A stretch of DNA of 43,572 bases. It comes from an uncultured delta proteobacterium. Its GTDB lineage: Bacteria; Desulfobacterota; Syntrophobacteria; BM002. Made by a program: the position numbers and the translations under genes. A model generated the notes under the pieces. The model saw only the letters and a list, made by a program, of their open reading frames with translations. It made no database searches and was not told where the DNA came from. Location of the stretch: NCBI GenBank assembly GCA_963712115.1, contig CAVQGX010000052.1, forward strand, positions 1 to 43,572, given 5' to 3'. Shown one piece after another: positions 28,446-36,939 of the stretch; position 1 is the stretch's first letter; every line of letters starts with the position of its first letter.

Positions 28446-29477
28446 TTATCGCCTTTTTTGGTGGCGCAAAACAGCGGCGTTGTGTTCCACCAGACTGGTG
28501 GAGAAATGATGGGTCCCGTCTTTTTTAGCGACGAAATACAAATAGGCTGTGGAGGCTGGGTTCAGCACAGCCTGAATAGATTCAGCCCCGGGATTGCATA
28601 TGGGACCGGCGGGCAAGCCTCGCCTAGTGTAAGTGTTATAGGGAGTGTCAGTCGCAAGATGGGCTCTGGTAAGGTTGCCATCGAAATTTTTGAGTCCATA
28701 GATCACCGTGGGATCGCTCTGAAGCCGAATCCCTTTCTCGAGTCGATTTAAAAAAACACCAGCAATCATGGGCCGTTCTTCCGCTACGGCAGTTTCCTTT
28801 TCCACCACAGAGGCTAGGATGACCACTTGGTGACGAGTAAACCCGAGTTGGTCAGCTTTCTCGTCCTGGGCTGGCCCAAAGTGCTGGTCAAATCTTTCCA
28901 CCAATGAGCTTAAGATATTTTCTACGGGGAGGTTTCTGGCAAATTGATAAGTATCGGGAAAAAGATAGCCTTCTAAGGTAGAAGCGGGAATGTTTAACTT
29001 TTGGACAAAAGCTGGGTTGCTTGCGGTGGCGATGAAGCGATCAGCCCTTGCCAGACCACGAGAATCAAGGATTTCGGCCATTTGCTTCATGGTGTAACCC
29101 TCGGGAAAGGTTACCTGGTGGAGGAGAACCTCGCCGCGGACAATTTTGTCAAGCACCTCTCCAGGCCGAAGTCCAGTTGAGAGTTTATACTCACCAGCCT
29201 TTATCCGGCGGGCTGCTCCCTTGAGCCTCACTAACCAGCCGAACCTCTCTGCGCTACTAACTAAGCCCCGCTCTTGAAGCAGGTTACTAAGAGTCCTAAG
29301 GGACATACCGGATGAAACTTCTATTACCAATTCCTCTGGCTCAGAACTGGCTGGCGCACTGATAAAGTGATACACATCAGCCATTAGCCAAAGGGATACA
29401 ATGGCAAGAACAACAAGCAACCACCAGAAGCGGCGGAAGGGTTGCTTTTTAGGTTTGGCCGAAGCTGTTTCTACCAT
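28446..29477 (-). CDS. mltG: Endolytic transglycosylase MltG
   Basis: TFPEG, LEGYLFPDTY, ASVVEKET, LQSDPT, YNTY..GLP.GPICNPG and YLYFV motifs. Confidence 0.97.
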   Translation of the reverse strand: MVETASAKPKKQPFRRFWWLLVVLAIVSLWLMADVYHFISAPASSEPEELVIEVSSGMSLRTLSNLLQERGLVSSAERFGWLVRLKGAARRIKAGEYKLSTGLRPGEVLDKIVRGEVLLHQVTFPEGYTMKQMAEILDSRGLARADRFIATASNPAFVQKLNIPASTLEGYLFPDTYQFARNLPVENILSSLVERFDQHFGPAQDEKADQLGFTRHQVVILASVVEKETAVAEERPMIAGVFLNRLEKGIRLQSDPTVIYGLKNFDGNLTRAHLATDTPYNTYTRRGLPAGPICNPGAESIQAVLNPASTAYLYFVAKKDGTHHFSTSLVEHNAAVLRHQKRR

Positions 29478-29636
29478 CTGCCTCTTTCTGGGTCACAACC
29501 GCTGGATAAATCCGAATAGCGATGCGTGCAGTGTGATGGGAGATGAATTCTCTAACTCCAATATATGCCCTATCTCACATCGCTGCCTTGAATCTGCATG
29601 CTGTCAGCTGCCAGTTGCCAGCTGACAAAGCGGCCA

Positions 29637-30413
29637 TCAAATGGTTCCTGCATAAACCCGCTCGGTCAATAGCTGATAAATGTTCAGACCGGCTTTTTCG
29701 AAGCCCTTAAGACCGTAGACCATGTTAGCTTCCAAAACCAGATGATTGCCTTGGCAAATGCAAATATCGAGCCCCACTTCGTCGAAATTGCAAAGGCGGG
29801 CCACCTGTTCAGCAAACCGGAGGGGGCCGTTTTTGATATTGTGGAAAGATATTCGTCCTCCAAGAGAGACATTACTACGATATTCGCCAGGTCGAGCAAT
29901 GCGCCAATAGGCGTGCACGACCTTGCCTCCCAGCAAAACTATGCGCAGGTCACGGTCAATGGGCAGGTATTCCTGGATATAGGCCAAATCAGACGTTTTC
30001 AAGTAGCGCTGCAGATCTTCAAGGCTTCGGATTAGAAAAACGCCTCTGCCCTGCGAAGAGCCCCTGGGGATCTTAGCGATAAAGGGATAAGAGAAATCAT
30101 TCAGGATTCTCTCGGAACTGTGACTCCCCTGATAAAATCGGGTGCGAGGGTGGGGGATACCAAGGAGAATAAAGAGCTCTGTTTGTTTGACTTTATCTCC
30201 CATGTAACGGTAGTAGTTTGCTGGAAAAACCTTCTTGCCCAGGGCGAGAAATACGTCTTCGTAGAGACTGCTTGGGTAGTAGATGGTGTCCGCTTTGCGA
30301 AGAAGCTCCAATTCAGCCTCGCTGTAGTCCTCAATATTGGGACGCATCCCCAGCGTCCTCACAAGAGGACTGTTTCTTAGTCTTTTTCCCAAAGCGACCC
30401 TTTTTTGTTGCAT
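29637..30413 (-). CDS. RimK-like ATP-grasp ligase
   Basis: DKVKQ, PFIAK..GSSQGRGV, YIQEYL..DRDLR, RSNVSLGG, GLD and LEAN motifs. Confidence 0.85.
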   Translation of the reverse strand: MQQKRVALGKRLRNSPLVRTLGMRPNIEDYSEAELELLRKADTIYYPSSLYEDVFLALGKKVFPANYYRYMGDKVKQTELFILLGIPHPRTRFYQGSHSSERILNDFSYPFIAKIPRGSSQGRGVFLIRSLEDLQRYLKTSDLAYIQEYLPIDRDLRIVLLGGKVVHAYWRIARPGEYRSNVSLGGRISFHNIKNGPLRFAEQVARLCNFDEVGLDICICQGNHLVLEANMVYGLKGFEKAGLNIYQLLTERVYAGTI

Positions 30414-30446
30414 CTACTCTGCGTCCAAAGGGATCAAGCTCAGGTA

Positions 30447-30668
30447 CAAATCCGAATATCGATCCGCCGGAGGCGGACTAAACAAAGTCAAGCTGGATGT
30501 GAGATGTGAGATCTGAGATATGGGATACTGAATACCGAGATAAAAGTTGAATCTCACATCACATATCGCACATCCCACATCTTTTACTCAATATTTGTTT
30601 CGGATTTCTCCTTCGGAGTCCCCACCCTGCGGGCGGGGCCCCGGTTTCGTGCTTCGGATTTTGGATTT
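30447..30668. repeat. Nested inverted repeat element
   Basis: Outer AAATCCGAA-family arms interrupted by mini-hairpins. Inner (RGATRTG)x5 at 30495-30529 and (ATCNCAY)x4 at 30551-30581. Confidence 0.85.
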
Positions 30669-30712
30669 ATACCACAAAGGCTTAGTCTAATATGACACCG
30701 ATGCATAGGATC

Positions 30713-31831
30713 TCAGCTTTTTAGAAGGTCCTCCACCGGTTCGTAAGTATAACCAAGATCCTGGGCCACGATTTCGTGGGTGACATGGCTGCGATAGATG
30801 TTGATCCCCTTTGCCAAGGCGGGATCTGAAGCCACAGCAGCCTTGAGTCCCTGGTTGGCTATTTTAAGAGCGTAGTTTAAAGTCACGTTGGTCAGGGCGA
30901 AAGTTGCGGTTCTCGGCACAGCACCTGGCATATTGGCCACACAATAATGAATAACGTTATCCACCGTAAAAACGGGCTGGTCGTGGGTCGTGGGTTGGCA
31001 GGTTTCGCAGCATCCTCCTTGATCCACGGCCACATCTACAATCACTGTTCCCGGTTTCATTTGGGCGACCATCTCACGGCTGACCAAGCTTGGTGCTCGA
31101 CCACCCGGTACCAAAACTGCGCCGATAACCAGGTGGGATACTCGCACTGAGCGTTCAATGGTGTCAGGGTTGGAGATGAGTGTGGTGATGGCCGAGCCGA
31201 AAATGTCATCAAGGGCCATGAGGCGAGCCTGATTTATATCGATAATGTTGACCATGGCTCCCATTCCCACGGCGATCTTTACCGCGTTGATGCCCACTAC
31301 ACCACCTCCCAAGACAGTTACTACACCCCGGTAAACACCAGGGACGCCCCCCAAAAGCACGCCGCGCCCGCCGCTGGGCTTTTCAAGGTGATGGGCTCCC
31401 ACTTGGACGGCCATCTTCCCAGCAATCTCGCTCATGGGTATGAGCAGAGGCAGGGAACCGTCAGCCAGCTGTATGGTCTCGTAAGCAATTCCAACAATAT
31501 CCTTTTCCAAAAGGACTGCTGTCAGCTCCGGTGCCGGAGCCAAGTGCAGGTAGGTGTAGATGATTAGGCCTGGTCTCAGAAGATCATATTCTGGTGGCAA
31601 AGGTTCCTTTACTTTCATCACCAGTTCTGTCTCCCCATAAACCTCGGCAGCGGAGGAGACAAGATTTGCCCCGGCGCTCTCAAATTCCGAATCACTGATG
31701 CCTGCGCCCTCTCCCGCACCCCTTTGAATAAGAACGCGGTGCCCTGAACCCGTTAGTAACCGCACGCCAGCCGGAACTATTCCTACCCGGTATTCCTCAG
31801 TCTTTATTTCTTTTGGCACACCGATAATCAT
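30713..31831 (-). CDS. ald: Alanine dehydrogenase
   Basis: IGVPKEIK..EYRV, KVKEP, YLHLA, PMSEIAG, GGGVVG, DVAVDQGG and HYCVANMPGAVP motifs. Confidence 0.97.
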   Translation of the reverse strand: MIIGVPKEIKTEEYRVGIVPAGVRLLTGSGHRVLIQRGAGEGAGISDSEFESAGANLVSSAAEVYGETELVMKVKEPLPPEYDLLRPGLIIYTYLHLAPAPELTAVLLEKDIVGIAYETIQLADGSLPLLIPMSEIAGKMAVQVGAHHLEKPSGGRGVLLGGVPGVYRGVVTVLGGGVVGINAVKIAVGMGAMVNIIDINQARLMALDDIFGSAITTLISNPDTIERSVRVSHLVIGAVLVPGGRAPSLVSREMVAQMKPGTVIVDVAVDQGGCCETCQPTTHDQPVFTVDNVIHYCVANMPGAVPRTATFALTNVTLNYALKIANQGLKAAVASDPALAKGINIYRSHVTHEIVAQDLGYTYEPVEDLLKS

Positions 31832-31892
31832 TGACAGCCTCCTTCCAGGTCAGATTTCAATGGCTTTGCCGGTAAAGATGAAGAGTGTTTCT

Positions 31893-32043
31893 GGAGTACT
31901 GGAGTAAGTATCATTTATGATTTCAGATTGCTGATTGCAGATTGAGGTTGAATGCATTCCATTCCACTAGGTTCTAAGCCCTTAAATCTGGAATCTACAA
32001 TCTAAAATCTAAAATCGCTGAACTTTATTACTCCAGCAGACTC
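31893..32043. repeat. Nested inverted arrays (GGAGTA outer, GATTKCA/AATCTA inner)
   Basis: GGAGTACTGGAGTAA ... GATTTCA GATTGCT GATTGCA GATTG ... AAATCTG GAATCTA CAATCTA AAATCTA AAATC ... TTACTCCAG. Confidence 0.8.
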
Positions 32044-32061
32044 ACGCATCAAGGAAAGACC

Positions 32062-32979
32062 CTAAAAGTCCCCTGTGGGGCTGGCTCTCAAAATGACCTT
32101 ATTGGACATGTGATCCGGGTAATAAGAAAGCTTGGCTTGGCGCAGCCCAGATTCGCCTAGATCCTGCTCACGGTTTATGTAGGTAAAACCGCTCCAGGCG
32201 TCTTGGCAAAATTCTTGGTTAATCACCGCGTAGCTGCCAGTGAAGTCGGGGTTGGCCTTCTCGAGGTGAATTACAGCTGTATCAGGGTTGAGCTGTTCAC
32301 CCAAACTGAAGGCCACTACTTTGTCATCCACCAAAATTACACCGCCCAGGCAATCAAGTATATCAAAATGGAGCAGGGCCTCCCGTATCGCCATTTCTTC
32401 ATTAAGAAGCGCAGGGTTTTCCGCGCAGCTCCTTAGGCGACACCACTGTTCCTCAAGGTCCAGACAAGCCTCTATTAGGTCGCTCGCAAGAGATTGGTAT
32501 CGGTAAGAATATCTATTTCTAAATTGCTTGAGATGGTTACGCTTTCGATGATATTTCCGCCCACTTAGATTAATCAGCGATTCAGTACGGTAGACGTAGT
32601 CACTGTTGGCTGGGTCCGGGACAACTTCAAAGGGGAGAGAGTCGGCATAACTTTTAGCCAATGGTTCAGGTACGCGGCGGATTTCCGGCCTCTGAGCATG
32701 CCTACCAAGAAATTCGAAGAGCTGTTTAAAAGCTGGCAATAGACTATCCTTACCGATTGGTGGTAAACCAAAGGGGGGTTCATCAGCAGTTTGGCCTACA
32801 ATAAGAAGCGTGTCTGCGCTAAGGCACCATTGGAAGTGGTAATGGTGCCGCCACATGAACAGATTGGTGAAAGTGAGCTCGGAAGTGACCGGTGGGCTCC
32901 GGCGAAAGCACAAGGTAATTTGCTCCCGGTCTTCTAGGCTTAGTGGCTTAAAGTCAGGGTAAAGTGGCGTGGGCTGCAT
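32062..32979 (-). CDS. DUF2156 protein (aminoacyl-PG synthase C-terminal-like GNAT domain)
   Basis: ELTFTNLFMW, DYVY....L..LSGRKYH.KRNH, HLEKA and YINREQDLG..GLRQAKLSY.P motifs. Confidence 0.88.
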   Translation of the reverse strand: MQPTPLYPDFKPLSLEDREQITLCFRRSPPVTSELTFTNLFMWRHHYHFQWCLSADTLLIVGQTADEPPFGLPPIGKDSLLPAFKQLFEFLGRHAQRPEIRRVPEPLAKSYADSLPFEVVPDPANSDYVYRTESLINLSGRKYHRKRNHLKQFRNRYSYRYQSLASDLIEACLDLEEQWCRLRSCAENPALLNEEMAIREALLHFDILDCLGGVILVDDKVVAFSLGEQLNPDTAVIHLEKANPDFTGSYAVINQEFCQDAWSGFTYINREQDLGESGLRQAKLSYYPDHMSNKVILRASPTGDF

Positions 32980-33253
32980 GAAGTTTCAGGAAATTAAACC
33001 GAGTCTTGAAGGTTCAGAACATCCCCCAAGGTAACTTTTTCTTCTGGAGGAAAATGGTATTCCTGGACAGAGTATGTCATCCCCGAGACTATGTCATAAC
33101 AAATACAGGGGAGTCAATGACATAAAGTTTCAAAAATTTTGCCCATCAAATTTCAGAAATTTCTCCATTTTTTCCCTTTTATATTTGCCCCATGACCATG
33201 GAAAGTCCTCTTTCATGGATAGTGTGAGCTCAGAATTCTTACCACTAAGCCAA

Positions 33254-33316
33254 GGTTATGGGTCATAGGTTGTGGGTGATGGGTAATAGGAAGTATACAT
33301 CCCATAACCAATTACC
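33254..33316. repeat. Inverted heptamer arrays (GGTNATR)n / CCATAAC
   Basis: GGTTATG GGTCATA GGTTGTG GGTGATG GGTAATA ... CCCATAACCAATTACC. Confidence 0.75.
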
Positions 33317-33432
33317 TTCTTAGGGGAACCCCTAATAAGATTTTTGTTGACATGACTACCACAAGATGATTTATATTTAGGATTTAAGAAAAGATAGTAG
33401 GGTTTAAAATCATCGACGGGGGGGACGGATCC

Positions 33433-33561
33433 ATGAACAAAAGCCCTTGCTTAGGTTGTGAGTTAGTCTGCGAGGACAAGAACAAGTGTTTGGAAAACTG
33501 TGATAAACTCAAACAATACCAAGAGTTGATTCTCAAACAGGGAGTTTACGCCAAAATATAG
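33433..33561 (+). CDS. 42-aa Cys-rich small protein (below the ORF-track cut-off)
   Basis: MNKSPCLGCELVCEDKNKCLENCDKLKQYQELILKQGVYAKI. G-rich SD, an upstream TTGACA at 33347 and its own terminator. Confidence 0.7.
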   Translation: MNKSPCLGCELVCEDKNKCLENCDKLKQYQELILKQGVYAKI

Positions 33562-33582
33562 CTGGACTCATACAGCTGTGCT

Positions 33583-33610
33583 AAAAAGGCGGCCTTCGGG
33601 TCGCCTTTTT
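33583..33610 (+). terminator. Intrinsic (probably bidirectional) terminator
   Basis: AAAAAGGCGGCC-TTCG-GGTCGCCTTTTT. Confidence 0.9.
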
Positions 33611-33689
33611 ATATTTTGATTTAAGGAGTATGCCTTTCCGCTATCGTCAGAGCTGCTTCCAGTCAGTATGAATCAAGACGACGGTTTGC

Positions 33690-33797
33690 GGAGTATTGGA
33701 GCAGTGGAGTATTGGAGTAGTAAAGGAATGGAATCTATAATGTTGCAGCAAGCTTAGGGTTTAACAACACTCCAGTACTCCAGAACTCCAACACTCC
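33690..33797. repeat. Inverted octamer arrays (GGAGYAKT)x4 / (ARHACTCC)x4
   Basis: GGAGTATT GGAGCAGT GGAGTATT GGAGTAGT ... AACACTCC AGTACTCC AGAACTCC AACACTCC. Confidence 0.9.
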
Positions 33798-33998
33798 AGA
33801 GCCTGCCGACTCGGTAAAAGCATAGGCCACAGATATTGGCTCCTATCCTTGAATGTTTATGGAAATACCTTGCTCTTCGAGACAAAAGTCCATAAAATGC
33901 GGGAATACCGAAGAAAAATACCTTAATTGAGCTAAAATTGAATTAGGGCTTATCCGTTAACTTTCGATTGAGCGTTATAGCTTAATCGAGGAAATAGC

Positions 33999-35789
33999 AT
34001 GCCAGAGCAAAGACGTTGGACAAATTTTATTAATTATCTAAGAGAGCACGCCATCTCGCGCTGGATGTTTTATAGTCTGCTCGTTGGTATTGTTGCCGGG
34101 TTAGGTGCTGCGGCCTTTTTCTTTTCCTTGGAATGGCTCAAATACTTTGTTTTGGATTTCCTGGCCGGGTATCCCATGGAATCACCAGCTGGAGAACGCT
34201 TGGTCAATGGTATGTCCCACGGTATACCAAAAGCATGGATTCTTTTTTTGGCTCCCGCGGTTGGAGGTTTGATTTCCGGTCTGGTAGTTTACAGTTGGGC
34301 ACCCGAGGCAGAAGGTCACGGCACCGACGCTATGATAGATGCTTTCCACAACAAACAAGGTGAGATTCGCGCCCGGGTACCCTATATCAAGAGTGCGGCG
34401 TCTATCATAACCCTCGCCACAGGTGGAAGCGCTGGGCGCGAAGGACCTATTGCCCAAATCGGCGCCGGCTTTGGTTCCTGGCTGGGTCGCGTGTTCAAAC
34501 TGAACTCGAAAGAACGGCGGATTCTCATGCTGGCAGGGTGTGCGGGGGGCTTAGGAGCCATATTCCGGGCGCCTCTTGGTGGAGCTATCACCAGCATTGA
34601 GGTACTTTACACTGAGGACTTTGAAAGCGAGGCCATCATTCCCTGCGTTATGAGCTCCGTGGTTGCCTACTCAATTTTTACCTTCATTTTCGGTCACCAG
34701 CCCATCTTTGCTACACCCGCCGTGATTTTTAACGATCCACGAGAATTGCTACCGTACGCAATTTTAGGACTGGTGTGTGTGCCGGTGGGATGGCTCTACG
34801 CCAAGTCCCTCTACGGACTCAGGGATCATCTCTTCAGGCGGATACCCATAAAGCCCCACTTTGTCCCGGCTATAGGCGGTCTTCTGGTGGGGTGCATTGG
34901 CCTGATGACTCCAAGGGTTTTGAGCGGTGGCTATGGTACCATTCAGCTCGCCCTACTGGGAAAGTTGACGGTTAGCTTGATGGCTGTCATGGTCTTGACC
35001 AAGATAGTTGCCACCTCTTGCACCATAGGCTCCGGCGGCAGCGGCGGCGTATTTGGTCCGTCACTTTTTATCGGTGCCATGTTGGGAGGAGTAGTGGGAA
35101 AGCTGGGACATCAATACTTCCCCCATCTAGTGAGTAATCCGACAGCTTTCGCCTTGGTTGGGATGGCGGCCTTCTTTGCCGGAGTGGCCAAGGCGCCCAT
35201 AGGGGCTCTGCTCATGGTCTCTGAGATGACCCGAGGGTATGGTTTGGTGCTTCCACTTATGTTTGTCTCCGCTATCCCAGTACTTCTCTCAGGTCGCTGG
35301 GGTATTTATGAAAAGCAGGTCAAGAACAAGTTTGCTTCGCCAGCACATTTGACCGATCTGACAATTAATGTTTTACAGACCATGCAGGTACGGGATGTAT
35401 ACAACCCGCACAAAGCGGTCACCATGCTACCTATGGACATGCGTCTTAAAGAGATGAAAAAGCTCATGATGCGGACCAAGGAGTCTTTTTTCCCAGTTGT
35501 TGATGAAGAAACAAGGTTGGTGGGAATCCTCGCCTTCCCCGACCTACGTGCCATTCTCTTTGAAGAAGCCCTTTCAGAACTGATAGTTGTGGGGGATTTA
35601 GTAGAAAAACCGGTGGCCATTGGCCTCAACGAGACTCTATATGAGGCGTTGATAAAATTTATCAGCAGTGGCTACGGTCAGATCCCCATCCTCAGAGACG
35701 ACCGACCTGGTCGTCTTACCGGGGTGCTTAGCCTGGAAGAATTGATGGAGGCTTATCATCAAGAAATGGTCAGGCTGGAGAAGGGATAG
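33999..35789 (+). CDS. CLC-family chloride channel/antiporter with CBS domains
   Basis: GGSAGREGP, FRAPLGG and GGVFGPSL motifs, with a C-terminal CBS pair (FPVVD, IPIL). Confidence 0.93.
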   Translation: MPEQRRWTNFINYLREHAISRWMFYSLLVGIVAGLGAAAFFFSLEWLKYFVLDFLAGYPMESPAGERLVNGMSHGIPKAWILFLAPAVGGLISGLVVYSWAPEAEGHGTDAMIDAFHNKQGEIRARVPYIKSAASIITLATGGSAGREGPIAQIGAGFGSWLGRVFKLNSKERRILMLAGCAGGLGAIFRAPLGGAITSIEVLYTEDFESEAIIPCVMSSVVAYSIFTFIFGHQPIFATPAVIFNDPRELLPYAILGLVCVPVGWLYAKSLYGLRDHLFRRIPIKPHFVPAIGGLLVGCIGLMTPRVLSGGYGTIQLALLGKLTVSLMAVMVLTKIVATSCTIGSGGSGGVFGPSLFIGAMLGGVVGKLGHQYFPHLVSNPTAFALVGMAAFFAGVAKAPIGALLMVSEMTRGYGLVLPLMFVSAIPVLLSGRWGIYEKQVKNKFASPAHLTDLTINVLQTMQVRDVYNPHKAVTMLPMDMRLKEMKKLMMRTKESFFPVVDEETRLVGILAFPDLRAILFEEALSELIVVGDLVEKPVAIGLNETLYEALIKFISSGYGQIPILRDDRPGRLTGVLSLEELMEAYHQEMVRLEKG

Positions 35790-35800
35790 GGAGTATCGGG

Positions 35801-36131
35801 ACTAGGCACTACAGGACGACACGGGGACACGGAGAAACGGAAACGGAGAGAGTGCTAAGCACTTAGGCGAGACGTGAGGTCGGGCGAGACGGGCGAGACG
35901 AGGATTTGAACGCGGAAGTCGGAACGCGGAACGTGGAATTCTTTTCTGTACTGATGGCCAACGGGCTAAACCGGCCAAACTGGCTCAAACGGCCAAACAG
36001 GCAGAGGACAGAGAAGATGTTGGAGGTTCGAGGTTAGAGGTTTGAGGCAACAAATCTGACGACGCAAATGAAGGTGCCTCCAACCTAAAGCGGAGCGCTC
36101 CTCCAACCTCCAACTCTATGCTCTATGCTCT
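35801..36131. repeat. Stack of at least seven different short tandem arrays
   Basis: ACTAGGC, GGACACGG, GGCGAGACG, GGAACGC, GGCCAAAC(N), GAGGTTN with inverted CCAACCT, and CTCTATG. Confidence 0.9.
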
Positions 36132-36154
36132 GAAATCCAATAGATGAGGAGGAC

Positions 36155-36658
36155 TTGGAACCGATGAGCGGTAAGGGGGAACTGACACCACTCGAGAAAA
36201 AAATAATCCACGAGTTGCAGCAAGATCTTCCGGTCATAAGCCGACCTTTTGCTGAAGTGGCGGAGAAAGTTGGAATCAGCGAAACTCAACTATTGGAAAA
36301 GGTGCGCGAATTTGTTGCCAAAGGGACTATCCGACGTTTCGGAGCTACTTTGAGGCACCAACGCTCAGGATTTGACGCCAATGCCATGGTGGTTTGGGAA
36401 GTGGCGCCCGAGAGGACTGAGGAAGTAGGTGCTATCTTCGCTTCATTCCGAGAAGTCAGCCACTGTTATCAGAGGCCGGCGTTACCAAATTGGCCTTACC
36501 GGCTATTCACCATGATCCACGGATCATCCCGAGAAGTTTGCCAAGAAATCGCGCAGAGGATGGCAGATGCAGCAGGGGTCGAAAACTACGAACTGCTCTT
36601 TACCGAAGAGGAACTAAAAAAAACCACCATGGCCTATTTTGGCGATTCGGAAGATTAA
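36155..36658 (+). CDS. ahbB: Siroheme decarboxylase beta subunit (Lrp/AsnC fold); start may be 36164
   Basis: LQQDLPV.SRPF, IRRFGATLRH, NAMVVW, VSHCYQR...WPY.LFTMIHG and ELKKT motifs; adjacent to hemL. Confidence 0.88.
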   Translation: MEPMSGKGELTPLEKKIIHELQQDLPVISRPFAEVAEKVGISETQLLEKVREFVAKGTIRRFGATLRHQRSGFDANAMVVWEVAPERTEEVGAIFASFREVSHCYQRPALPNWPYRLFTMIHGSSREVCQEIAQRMADAAGVENYELLFTEEELKKTTMAYFGDSED

Positions 36659-36700
36659 TCCGGCAATTGAGAGGTGGAAGCAGTTAGCACAAGTGGACTT

Positions 36701-36887
36701 AGGTCATTAGGCTTCGCCGTCATTACGCCCTGCTGTCATTTGGGCTTACAGCCCGTCATTTATTGCCACTCTTCTCCGGCTTTATTCGGACTAATCGACC
36801 GTTATCGGGTAATATGATGACCTACTATGAGTGACAGCGAAGCGTAGTGACGGCCACGTTAGTGGCCAAATGACTATAAATGACATT
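36701..36887. repeat. Gene-less inverted GTCATT/AATGAC arrays with mini-hairpin spacers
   Basis: GTCATTA-GGCTTCGCC-GTCATTA-...-GTCATTT-GGGCTTACAGCCC-GTCATTT ... GTGAC-AGCGAAGCG-TAGTGAC-GGCCACGTTAGTGGCC-AAATGAC. Confidence 0.85.
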
Positions 36888-36939
36888 GAAGATTAATGAG
36901 GCTATTGACGGACGAAAAGGATAATGGGAGGAGGAAGTA

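Noticed and set aside
36701-36887. CRISPR array
   Set aside because: The repeats are 7 nt, the spacers are short and often palindromic, and no cas genes are in the window.
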